A DNA stretch of 49,548 nt from Candidatus Hydrogenedentota bacterium (GTDB lineage Bacteria; Hydrogenedentota; Hydrogenedentia; Hydrogenedentales; CAIZGN01). Shown piece after piece: positions 1 through 8,178 of this stretch. Every line of letters starts with the position of its first letter. The first letter of the stretch is position 1. A program made the position numbers and the translations under genes. The stretch is from contig CAIZGN010000689.1 of the NCBI GenBank assembly GCA_903932505.1, positions 1 to 49,548 on the forward strand. The letters are read 5' to 3'. The notes under the pieces are model-generated. The model was given only the letters and a program-made list of their open reading frames with translations. It had not been told where the DNA came from and did not search any database.

Positions 1-186
1 CGCGAATCGGGAGGCTGATATGCCCGGTTCGGCCATTTTGATGCCGAGCAAGAGAACCACGGGGATCGAGAGCAGCGTGTAAAAACTCGCCGGTCGCCGC
101 TTGTGCGCTGCGGACAGACCCTGACGCAGATAATCGCGCCAACCTCGCAGAGGTTTAATTTCCGGCTCCGATCCCTGGTAGGACAT
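1..186 (-). CDS. hypothetical membrane protein, 5' part (runs off window edge)
   Basis: Hand translation from ATG at 186 (RBS GAAAGGA upstream): MSYQGSEPEIKPLRGWRDYLRQGLSAAHKRRPASFYTLLSIPVVLLLGIKMAEPG..., open to position 1, one hydrophobic segment; directly downstream of the zinc-ribbon gene. Confidence 0.6.
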   Translation of the reverse strand, partial: MSYQGSEPEIKPLRGWRDYLRQGLSAAHKRRPASFYTLLSIPVVLLLGIKMAEPGISASRFA

Positions 187-205
187 TGCCGTTTCCTTTC
201 GCGGC

Positions 206-421
206 TCAGCCGCGCATGGGACAACCACCGGCACTGCTGCAGCCTTCGCAGGCCGGTCTGGCAGCCCCGGAAGAGGGGGACGCGTTCACCGGTGCGAAAT
301 GACTCGCTTGTTTTTCCATTTTTTTGGAGCCGCACGCCGGACACGCGGGCTTGTCCGAGGCGCGAACCAGCAATTCGTTGCGTTCGCCACACTGACCGCA
401 AAGATATTCAAAAAGGGGCAT
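206..421 (-). CDS. FmdB-family (CxxC_CxxC_SSSS) zinc-ribbon regulatory protein
   Basis: MPLFEYLCGQCG...CPACGSKKMEKQASHFA...CEGCSSAGGC; GGAG RBS before ATG at 421 (start trimmed from ORF 206..553). Confidence 0.88.
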   Translation of the reverse strand: MPLFEYLCGQCGERNELLVRASDKPACPACGSKKMEKQASHFAPVNASPSSGAARPACEGCSSAGGCPMRG

Positions 422-634
422 GTAATGATCTCCAGTAAAGCAAACCCGGGCCGGAGCGCCAACCCTTGTCTCCGCGCAAACCCGCACAGGGATTATACCA
501 AGAATTTCGGTAATCTTGCGAACATCGAATTGAGCGAAGTGCTTTAATCCCATTGCTGTTGATTGGGATTGCCCGGTAACGGGGCATTTGGAGGGGTCTA
601 CCAGGTCTGATGCAATTCTCGGGACTTATCATAT

Positions 635-664
635 TTGACCCTCAACCCCTCCATTTGCTAAGAT
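635..664 (+). promoter_or_regulatory. putative sigma70 promoter of rpsA
   Basis: TTGACC-18nt-TAAGAT with extended -10 TGn; followed by hairpin TTGCCGTCG-TG-CGACGGCAA and AAGGAG RBS. Confidence 0.5.
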
Positions 665-713
665 CCCGTGTTGCCGTCGTGCGACGGCAAATCCCATCAT
701 GTAAAGGAGATAG

Positions 714-2657
714 GTGGTCGTTATGAAACAAACTCGGGTTAACAAACAGGGCGCCATGGTCTTCATGGCAAAACTCGCGGAGCAGGAAGACCTGGTCCTC
801 GAACTGGATCAAGAGCTTGCGGTCAACATGGAGACCTTGCTCCAGGAAGCGCCGGAGAATTTCAAGGAAGGCGAGGTCGTTCGTGGCCGCGTTGTTGAAA
901 TCGGCGAAGATCGCATACTCGTTGACATTGGTTACAAGAGCGAAGGGGTGGTCGATTCGTCCGAATTTACGTCCGTCGCCGAACTGACAATTGGCGAGGA
1001 GTTCGACTTTTATATCGAAGAACCGGAAAACGAGCAGGGCATGCCGGTGCTTTCCAAGCAGAAAGCCGATCGCATCAAGAACTGGGAACATGTTCAGCAG
1101 ATTTACGACAACGATGGCATGATCGAAGGTGTGATTACGCGCCGGGTCAAGGGTGGTCTCAAGGTGGACATCGGCATCGACGCGTTCATGCCGGCCAGCC
1201 AGCTGACCTTCCGTCCGACGGGCGATCTCGACCGCTACATCGGTCAGCGCATGGAATTCAAGATTATCAAGCTGACGCGTCGCCGCCGTAACGTGGTGGT
1301 GAGTCGCCGCAAACTGCTCGAAGAGCAGCGCGCCGGTGAGAAGGAGCGTTTGCTGCAGAATATCGAAGTGGGCAAGGCGCTCATGGGCGAAGTGAAGAAT
1401 ATCACCGATTTCGGGGCGTTTGTGGACGTGGGCGGCATCGACGGTCTGCTGCATGTTACCGACATGAGCTGGGGCCGCGTGAAGCACCCCTCGCAGGTGG
1501 TGCAGGTCGGCCAGAAGATCGAAGTCATGGTTCTCAGTTTCGATCCCAAATCGGAGCGCATCAGCTTGGGCCTCAAGCAGAAGAGCGAGAATCCTTGGAA
1601 GTCCGCCGCCGACCGGTATCCGATTGGTTCCGTGGTGCGCGGCAAAGTGGTCAGTATGACCGATTACGGTGCGTTCGTGCAGCTTGAAGAAGGCATCGAA
1701 GGCATGGTTCACGTGAGCGAGATGAGTTGGACCCGTCGTGTGCGGCACCCCAACGAAATCCTGCAACTGGATCAGGAAGTCGACGTCATGGTGTTGGGCG
1801 TGGATCACGACGAAGAGAAGATCGCGCTTGGCATCAAGCAGACGCAGCCGAATCCCTGGAAGCAGCTTAGCGAGCGGTATCCGCTCGGCTCCACCCTCAA
1901 GGGTGTGGTCCGCAACCTGACCGATTACGGTGCGTTCGTCCAAATCGAAGACGGCATCGACGGATTGCTGCATGTGAGCGACCTTTCTTGGACCCGCAAG
2001 ATCACCAACCCCTCCGAAATGCTTCAGAAGGGCCAGGAAATCGAAGTCCGGGTGCTGAGCATCGATCCGGAAGCGGAAAAGATCAGCGTGGGCCTCAAGC
2101 AGCTCCAAGATGATCCTTGGATGGCGGTGATTGAGAAACTGCCCATCGGTTCGCATGCTGAAGTTGAAATCGCGAAGCTGGTGAGTTTCGGTGCCTTCGC
2201 CAAGCTGGACAACGGCGTTGAAGGTCTGATCCACGTGAGTGAGCTTTCCAACGAGCGCGTGCAGAAGCCCGAAGAAGTGCTCAACATCGGTGACAAGGTG
2301 ATGGCGAAGGTCATCAGCATCAGCCCCGCCGAGCGCAAGATTGGCCTGAGCATCCGCGAATACGAACGCGACCTCGAGCAGGGCGCGATGGCCGAGCACG
2401 GCCAGAGTGGCGGTGGCGACCGTGTGGACGTCAGTGCAAGCATGCACGGCGCGGTACCCCAAAGCATGATTCAAGCGGGCCGGAGCTTGGCAGACGTGGC
2501 GCATGAAATGATGGCCGCAGTCAGCCGTGCCGAAGCCGCGAAGCGCGCAGAAGCCGAAGCGGTGAAACAGGCGAGCGAAGCTGCAGTGGCGGAAGAAGCA
2601 CCTGTGGTGGAAGCACCTGCGGAAGAAGCGGCCCCAGAAGCCGGCGACGACGAATAA
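714..2657 (+). CDS. rpsA: 30S ribosomal protein S1
   Basis: Six tandem S1 domains (DIGYKSEG; AFMPASQ; ITDFGAFVDVGGIDGLLHVTDMSW; TDYGAFVQLEEGIEGMVHVSEMSW etc.); exact start (714/723/756/765) uncertain. Confidence 0.97.
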   Translation: MVVMKQTRVNKQGAMVFMAKLAEQEDLVLELDQELAVNMETLLQEAPENFKEGEVVRGRVVEIGEDRILVDIGYKSEGVVDSSEFTSVAELTIGEEFDFYIEEPENEQGMPVLSKQKADRIKNWEHVQQIYDNDGMIEGVITRRVKGGLKVDIGIDAFMPASQLTFRPTGDLDRYIGQRMEFKIIKLTRRRRNVVVSRRKLLEEQRAGEKERLLQNIEVGKALMGEVKNITDFGAFVDVGGIDGLLHVTDMSWGRVKHPSQVVQVGQKIEVMVLSFDPKSERISLGLKQKSENPWKSAADRYPIGSVVRGKVVSMTDYGAFVQLEEGIEGMVHVSEMSWTRRVRHPNEILQLDQEVDVMVLGVDHDEEKIALGIKQTQPNPWKQLSERYPLGSTLKGVVRNLTDYGAFVQIEDGIDGLLHVSDLSWTRKITNPSEMLQKGQEIEVRVLSIDPEAEKISVGLKQLQDDPWMAVIEKLPIGSHAEVEIAKLVSFGAFAKLDNGVEGLIHVSELSNERVQKPEEVLNIGDKVMAKVISISPAERKIGLSIREYERDLEQGAMAEHGQSGGGDRVDVSASMHGAVPQSMIQAGRSLADVAHEMMAAVSRAEAAKRAEAEAVKQASEAAVAEEAPVVEAPAEEAAPEAGDDE

Positions 2658-2679
2658 CGCCCGAATACAGGACCCTTTC

Positions 2680-2715
2680 ACGAGCGCCGCTAGCCAGGCT
2701 CGCGGCGCTCGTTTG
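2680..2715 (+). terminator. hairpin after rpsA (terminator-like, weak U tract)
   Basis: ACGAGCGCCGC...GCGGCGCTCGT inverted repeat followed by TTG. Confidence 0.45.
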
Positions 2716-2774
2716 CATAACAAAGCAAGAGAGGAGCAGGACGCCCGTTGGGCTGTCCCAAGGAGATCATAGTA

Positions 2775-4592
2775 ATGGCGAAAACACGCAAGCACAAATT
2801 GGCGGGCACGACCATGAGCGGTGCCGACATCATCATGCAGGTGATGGCCGATGAAGGCGTCGACACCATTTTCGGATACAGCGGCGGGGCGATTTTACCC
2901 ACCTACGACGCGGTCTTCCGCTGGAATCGCCGTCACGATAAGAAACACCAAATCAACCTCGTGGTTCCCGCCAACGAACAGGGCGCGGGTTTTATGGCTG
3001 CCGGGTATGCGCGGGTGACGGGAAAGGCGGGCGTATCTTTGGTGACCTCCGGGCCTGGAGCCACCAACAGCGTCACCCCGGTGCGTGATTGCTCGGCCGA
3101 CTCGATACCGATGATTCTGATATGCGGGCAGGTGGCCCGACCCGCCATCGGCACCGATGCTTTCCAGGAAGCCCCTGTTTTTAACATCATGAGTGCCTGC
3201 GCCAAGCACGTCTTCCTCGTGAAGGAGCCCTCGGAACTCGAGGCCACCATGCGGACAGCCTTCCACATTGCGTTGCACGGGCGCCCCGGGCCTGTCGTCA
3301 TCGATGTGCCCAAAGATGTCCAGAATTGGACGGGTGTCTTCGAGGGGGAGGGTATGCTGCCGATGCATGGCTATTTCGAGCGGGTTCAAAAGCTTGAAAA
3401 CGCACGTCTGGAAAAGGAGCAGGCCGCTGAGTTCTTTCGTCTGCTCAAGGCATCGAAGCGCCCGCTGATCTACGCGGGAGGCGGGGTCATTATTGCGAAT
3501 GCCGCCGAGGCGTTGCGGGCTTTTTCAAAGCGCTTCCGCATCCCCGTCGCCACCACCCTTATGGGTATCGGCGCTCTGGACACCCAGGATTCGCTGTGCC
3601 TGAACATGATCGGGATGCACGGTGCGGCCTATGCCAATTATGCGGTGGAGGACTGCGATTTTTTGATTGCTGTGGGTGCTCGTTTTGACGATCGCGTGGC
3701 GGGGGTTCCGAAAGCCTTCGCGGCCAATGCGCGCATCGCCCATATCGACATCGACGAGGCTGAAATCGGCAAGGTGAAGCCGGTCGACTGGTATTTTGTC
3801 GGCGATGCGAAGCATGCCCTGAGCGATCTGCTCGAATTCGGCAAGAACGTGAAATCCGACCACGCCGCATGGATTAAGCATGTTGCGGAACTCAAGCGTG
3901 ACCATCCCATGGGTTATAACGAGGAAAGCGACAAGATTCAACCCCAGCACGCGATTCATGTCCTCAATGAAATCACCAAGGGCGAGGCCATCGTCTGCAC
4001 CGGCGTCGGTCAGCACCAGATGTTCGCCGCGCAGTTCTTCGATTTCAAGGAACCCCGCACTTGGGTCAGCTCCGGTAGCATGGGTACGATGGGGTTTGGT
4101 TTGCCTGCTGCCGTTGGTGCGGCTGCCGCTCGGCCCGGCGCGTTGGTGGTGGACGTCGATGGCGATGGTAGCATCCGCATGAACTTGGGCGAAATGGAGA
4201 CCTGTACGACCTATAACCTGCCCGTGAAGATTCTGCTCTTGAACAATCTGGGGGACGGCATGGTCGTTCAATGGCAGTCGTTCTATTTCGAGGGACGTTT
4301 CTCGGGAACCGACAAGTCGCTGCATTCCAAGGACTTTGTAAAAGCCGCCGAGGCCGACGGATTCAAGTTCGCCAAGCGGGTCAGCAAGAAAGAGCATCTG
4401 CGCGCCGCACTAGAGGAATTTGTCGCTTTTGAAGGCCCAGCGTTCCTTGAAGTGCGCACCGACAAGAACGCCTTTGTGTACCCCATGGTAGGGCCCGGCT
4501 GCACCTACGGGGAAATGATTACCGGCCCCCACATTCCCGGACGCGAAGGGGCATCCAGCGAGGACAAGTTGGACACGGCCGACGCCTTCTAG
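2775..4592 (+). CDS. ilvB: acetolactate synthase large (catalytic) subunit, biosynthetic type
   Basis: FGYSGGAILPTYD, EQGAGFMAAGYAR, TSGPGATN, IGTDAFQE, RFDDRV, GVGQHQM, TPP-binding GDGS...NN; AAGGAG RBS before ATG 2775. Confidence 0.95.
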   Translation: MAKTRKHKLAGTTMSGADIIMQVMADEGVDTIFGYSGGAILPTYDAVFRWNRRHDKKHQINLVVPANEQGAGFMAAGYARVTGKAGVSLVTSGPGATNSVTPVRDCSADSIPMILICGQVARPAIGTDAFQEAPVFNIMSACAKHVFLVKEPSELEATMRTAFHIALHGRPGPVVIDVPKDVQNWTGVFEGEGMLPMHGYFERVQKLENARLEKEQAAEFFRLLKASKRPLIYAGGGVIIANAAEALRAFSKRFRIPVATTLMGIGALDTQDSLCLNMIGMHGAAYANYAVEDCDFLIAVGARFDDRVAGVPKAFAANARIAHIDIDEAEIGKVKPVDWYFVGDAKHALSDLLEFGKNVKSDHAAWIKHVAELKRDHPMGYNEESDKIQPQHAIHVLNEITKGEAIVCTGVGQHQMFAAQFFDFKEPRTWVSSGSMGTMGFGLPAAVGAAAARPGALVVDVDGDGSIRMNLGEMETCTTYNLPVKILLLNNLGDGMVVQWQSFYFEGRFSGTDKSLHSKDFVKAAEADGFKFAKRVSKKEHLRAALEEFVAFEGPAFLEVRTDKNAFVYPMVGPGCTYGEMITGPHIPGREGASSEDKLDTADAF

Positions 4593-4601
4593 ACCACATA
4601 A

Positions 4602-4638
4602 GAAAAGGCGGGATCGCGCAAGCGATCCCGCCTTTTTG
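4602..4638. terminator. bidirectional intrinsic terminator between ilvB and pilin gene
   Basis: AAAAGGCGGGATCGC-GCAA-GCGATCCCGCCTTTTT between convergent genes. Confidence 0.9.
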
Positions 4639-4649
4639 CATTAGTGGGA

Positions 4650-5063
4650 TCAAGGGGTCGCAGTAATGGAACCGGCTTCGTTGATGGTGAACGTGCGCAC
4701 CCCAGTCCGGTTCGGGGTTTGGGGTTCCGCCGTAATGGTGAAGCTCGAGGTGGAGAAGGCCCCAGTAAAGATATAGCCACTCAGTATGCGGCCCTCCACC
4801 CATTGCGGGTCGAGCAGGAATGGCGGACCTCCAGAGGGGTCGCTGGTTAGTTGGTTCCAGTCGGTGGCGTATTGCTTGTGCGAGGCGTTGTAGGACACCT
4901 CGGCCCCGAATATGGCCTTTAGGTTGGCCTGGGCTGCTGCCTCGTCGGCCGTGACCCGGGCGCGTGCCATGCTTGGGATGACCACGGCAATGATGGTCGT
5001 GAGAACGGCCACTACAATCATCATCTCGATCAGCGTAAAACCACGGTTTTTTCTCACAGTCAA
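4650..5063 (-). CDS. type IV pilin / pseudopilin with prepilin N-methylation motif
   Basis: KNRG|FTLIEMMIVVAVLTTIIAVVIP class III signal; C-terminal FTITAEP...TGVRTFTINEAG pilin-like segment; TTG start with GGAGG RBS. Confidence 0.9.
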   Translation of the reverse strand: MTVRKNRGFTLIEMMIVVAVLTTIIAVVIPSMARARVTADEAAAQANLKAIFGAEVSYNASHKQYATDWNQLTSDPSGGPPFLLDPQWVEGRILSGYIFTGAFSTSSFTITAEPQTPNRTGVRTFTINEAGSITATP

Positions 5064-5197
5064 ACCCTCCCCACGGTGTCTTGAGTTGCGCGAACTACTA
5101 CTATGCCATGCGGGACTAGTGCGAGTTCATTGTACCGTCAAGTAGCCACAAATGTCACGCAGCGACAAGCCAGGAGCGTGGGGTGCCAAAAACTACG

Positions 5198-5923
5198 CTA
5201 ACTCGCTGCATCCGGCTTGCGTACATGACGTTCGCGGATGTTCAGCATTTCGACCAGCAGGGAAAAAGCCATCGCAAAGTAAATGTAGCCTTTTTCAATG
5301 TGTTTACCCAGTCCTTCCGACACCAGCATGATGCCGATGAGCAGCAGGAAGGCCAACGCCAGCATATGGATCGAGGGGTGGCGGTTGACGAAGGCGGTGA
5401 CGGGCGGGGCAAAGAACATCATGACCATCACCGCGAGAACGACTGCCGCCACCATGATCGGGATTTGCTGCGACATGCCCACGGCCGTAATCACGGAGTC
5501 GATGGAGAAGACGATATCGAGAAGGATGATTTGCACGATGGCCCCGGCAAAGCCGGGTACTTCCCGAAAAGAATGCTCCTTTCCATCGGGTTGATCCATC
5601 TTCTCGTGGATTTCGGTGACCGATTTCCACACGAGGAACAGGCCTCCCAATAGCAGCACGACGTCACGCAGGTTGAAGGGATGATCCAAGATGGTGAAGA
5701 GCGGGGCTTTCATACGGACGATGAGACTGATGGAGAGCAGCAGCAGGATGCGCATAATCATGGCGAGGCTCAAGCCGACACGTTGCGCTTTGGCCCGCTG
5801 CTCTCGGGGCAGGCGTCCAGAGATCAGTGCCAGCACGACGATATTGTCGATACCCAGTACAATTTCCAGCCCGGTCAAGGTGAAAAGGGCCGCCAAACTT
5901 TCAAATGACCACAAACCGTCCAA
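5198..5923 (-). CDS. TerC-family integral membrane protein
   Basis: LTGLEIVLGIDN, IILLDIVFSIDSVITAVGM, ALAFLLLIG, KGYIYFAMAFS motifs; TTG start at 5923 with GGAG RBS (3' part of ORF 5198..7042). Confidence 0.93.
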   Translation of the reverse strand: MDGLWSFESLAALFTLTGLEIVLGIDNIVVLALISGRLPREQRAKAQRVGLSLAMIMRILLLLSISLIVRMKAPLFTILDHPFNLRDVVLLLGGLFLVWKSVTEIHEKMDQPDGKEHSFREVPGFAGAIVQIILLDIVFSIDSVITAVGMSQQIPIMVAAVVLAVMVMMFFAPPVTAFVNRHPSIHMLALAFLLLIGIMLVSEGLGKHIEKGYIYFAMAFSLLVEMLNIRERHVRKPDAAS

Positions 5924-6115
5924 AATATGAAGCTCCCGAAGTGCACGGCCTCCGTAACATTGCTTCGTCCGAGTACGTTTCTCTTTCGATAGTCTGGGCC
6001 GGTTCGACGCTGAGTTTACCGCAATTTGGCAGGGTGAGCCAAATTGAGCGCGGCGAATTGCGTTTCTCACGGTGAATCGCCTAGGCTTGTCACTCACAGG
6101 AATGGAGGATCCGTC

Positions 6116-7300
6116 GTGGGTCGCAAGTGCTTCGCCATATTGCGGTATATCGCCTGGCTGGGGCTGTCCACTGCCTTGGTTCTTCTGGCGGTGGAGGGAA
6201 CCCTGCGTCTGGCGTTTGGACTGCCCAAAGGGCTCTTCTACTTCCGCCCTGTGGACAACCAAAGCCTGTATCTCCCCAACGCCACCCTTCAGATGGTCAT
6301 GGGGCCGGTGCCGTATACCGTGAAGACAAATTCGCTCGGGTTTCGCGGCCCTGAAATCACTTTGGAAAAACCGGCGGGCCTCGTGCGCATTGCCGCGATC
6401 GGTGATTCGGTCACTGATGGATTCTATGTCGACAATGACGATACCTACCCTGCGCAGATGGAGCGCGTGCTGCGGGAACGCGCTGTTGCGGTGGAAGTGG
6501 TGAATGCCGCGCGCGGGAATTCGTCTATTGACCTTGAATACGCAATCCTGCGGCGTTTTGTCCTGCGGCTGAAGCCTGACCTTGTGGTGCTGGCCTTTGT
6601 GGCTAACGACATTGATGACTTGCGCGGCGTGGGGAGGGAAAACTTGATCAATCGGGACTCTTTTGCCTTTGGGCCGGAGCAGGCGGCTGCGGCCAGTGAA
6701 ACCTTGCTGCTGGCCCGCACCGCGCTTGGCGAGCTGGTGTTGGACGCCAGTCTGCGCATGCGTTTTGAAAACTACCGGCGTTTTCAGCGGGGAATGTCGG
6801 TGACCGAGCGGGCCGGGCGGTATACAATTCCTGGGCAGGAGGATCAGGTGGAGTGCTTGCGCGTGTTTGTGGAGCAACACGCTGCGCGCAATGACAGCGT
6901 GCTGCTGTACAAGGCGTTCACGCCGCAACAGCAGGAAACCATCGCCAACTACGCTTATGCACTGGGACACATGCACCAAACACTGGCAGCGCAGGGTACG
7001 CGGCTTCTGTTCGTGTACACGCCGGGGTATAATGAGATACACGACCCTGCAGCACCGCGTATTCTTTGTGCTGCTTTGAGGAAGTCGTGCGAAGAACAGG
7101 GTATCCCCTTTGTGGACACTACCCCTGCTTTTCAGACGGCGTCAAAGAAGGAAATACTGGATCTGGCCCCGGCGGATTTTCACTACAACCCTGCCGGTAA
7201 TCGGGTGCTGGCCGAAGCGGTGGGCATGTACATCGCAGAGAACGGACTCGCGCGCCCCGGTGCGGAATCCACCCTGCAAACGGAAGGAGAAGTACGATGA
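6116..7300 (+). CDS. SGNH/GDSL hydrolase family protein, N-terminal membrane anchor
   Basis: TM then TNSLGFRG, IGDSVTDG (block I), VVNAA, FVANDIDD, DFHYNPAGN (D-x-H); GTG start after GGAGG. Confidence 0.88.
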   Translation: MGRKCFAILRYIAWLGLSTALVLLAVEGTLRLAFGLPKGLFYFRPVDNQSLYLPNATLQMVMGPVPYTVKTNSLGFRGPEITLEKPAGLVRIAAIGDSVTDGFYVDNDDTYPAQMERVLRERAVAVEVVNAARGNSSIDLEYAILRRFVLRLKPDLVVLAFVANDIDDLRGVGRENLINRDSFAFGPEQAAAASETLLLARTALGELVLDASLRMRFENYRRFQRGMSVTERAGRYTIPGQEDQVECLRVFVEQHAARNDSVLLYKAFTPQQQETIANYAYALGHMHQTLAAQGTRLLFVYTPGYNEIHDPAAPRILCAALRKSCEEQGIPFVDTTPAFQTASKKEILDLAPADFHYNPAGNRVLAEAVGMYIAENGLARPGAESTLQTEGEVR

Positions 7301-8079
7301 TATCGATACTCGCGTTGGTTTTTACACTGCAAGCGGGCCTTGCCCAAGTTCAGTCCGAGGGTGAGCCGCCCGTTCCTATAGCAATCGCTTCGTCGGACCA
7401 CGCGGCTTGGAAAACGGAGATATCGAACGCACTCCAGCAACTGGATCTGCTGGAGTTACTTGGCAAGATCACCCAGATTCATCCCATATCCGTCAATGTG
7501 CCCGGTGACCTCCAGCGCGTTCCCTTGGAGAACACCAAAGGCATGGAAGCCATCGCCAAACAAATCGAAATCCGGGTCACGAAGCTGTACTTGGACAAAC
7601 TGTCATTCCAGCGTCCCGACCAAACCTTGTGGTCGGCCGATCACCCGCTCCTGCCCACGATGGTGAGTTTTGGTGAAATACGCGTCAACGCAGAGGCAAA
7701 AACACCGGCGGGCATAGTCCCTCTTGAGGGTACGTTCCTGGGCGGGGCACTTCCTGCGGACTTTGATATCTTTCGCGATCGCCTTGAGTTGCACCCCACC
7801 CCCGCCCGACGTCAGAATGAGGGAAAGATCGACTCCGTCAAGGTGACGTCCACGGTTCCGCTGGTGGGTCCCATACTCACCAAACTGGCGGGCAAAGACC
7901 TCGCGAAAGCGCTTCTCAACGCGGGCGTGGGCAAGACCCTCACCCTGAAGCAGGGAGAATTGTTGGGCAGTGAAGGCGGTGGGCTGGGATCGGTGCTGCC
8001 ACTGCTCAAGAAAGGCGGGGATGCCGCAGAAGGCGGAAAGGGTGGCGTTGGTTCGTTGTTGGACAGTTTATTGAAATAA
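7297..8079 (+). CDS. hypothetical secreted protein
   Basis: Signal-peptide-like N-terminus, ATGA overlap with the upstream SGNH gene, Gly-rich C-terminus; no family recognised. Confidence 0.7.
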   Translation: MISILALVFTLQAGLAQVQSEGEPPVPIAIASSDHAAWKTEISNALQQLDLLELLGKITQIHPISVNVPGDLQRVPLENTKGMEAIAKQIEIRVTKLYLDKLSFQRPDQTLWSADHPLLPTMVSFGEIRVNAEAKTPAGIVPLEGTFLGGALPADFDIFRDRLELHPTPARRQNEGKIDSVKVTSTVPLVGPILTKLAGKDLAKALLNAGVGKTLTLKQGELLGSEGGGLGSVLPLLKKGGDAAEGGKGGVGSLLDSLLK

Positions 8080-8178
8080 GAGGCACCCATATTCCCCGGG
8101 ATTTCGCACGGCAGCGCCTGAAGGGCCGGGGGATGTGTTCCCGTTTGCATGATTGGCAAATCCAGAGAGGATATCGGC

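Noticed and set aside
642-2795. 717-aa antisense ORF over rpsA
   Set aside because: Shadow frame of a codon-biased, highly expressed gene; no independent motifs.
5085-5115. Possible sigma54 promoter (TGGCAT...) upstream of the pilin gene
   Set aside because: The -12 position reads GT rather than GC; insufficient match.
5924-7042. N-terminal 370 aa of ORF 5198..7042 suggesting a TerC fusion
   Set aside because: Antisense to the SGNH gene; TerC homology and an RBS+TTG start begin at 5923.
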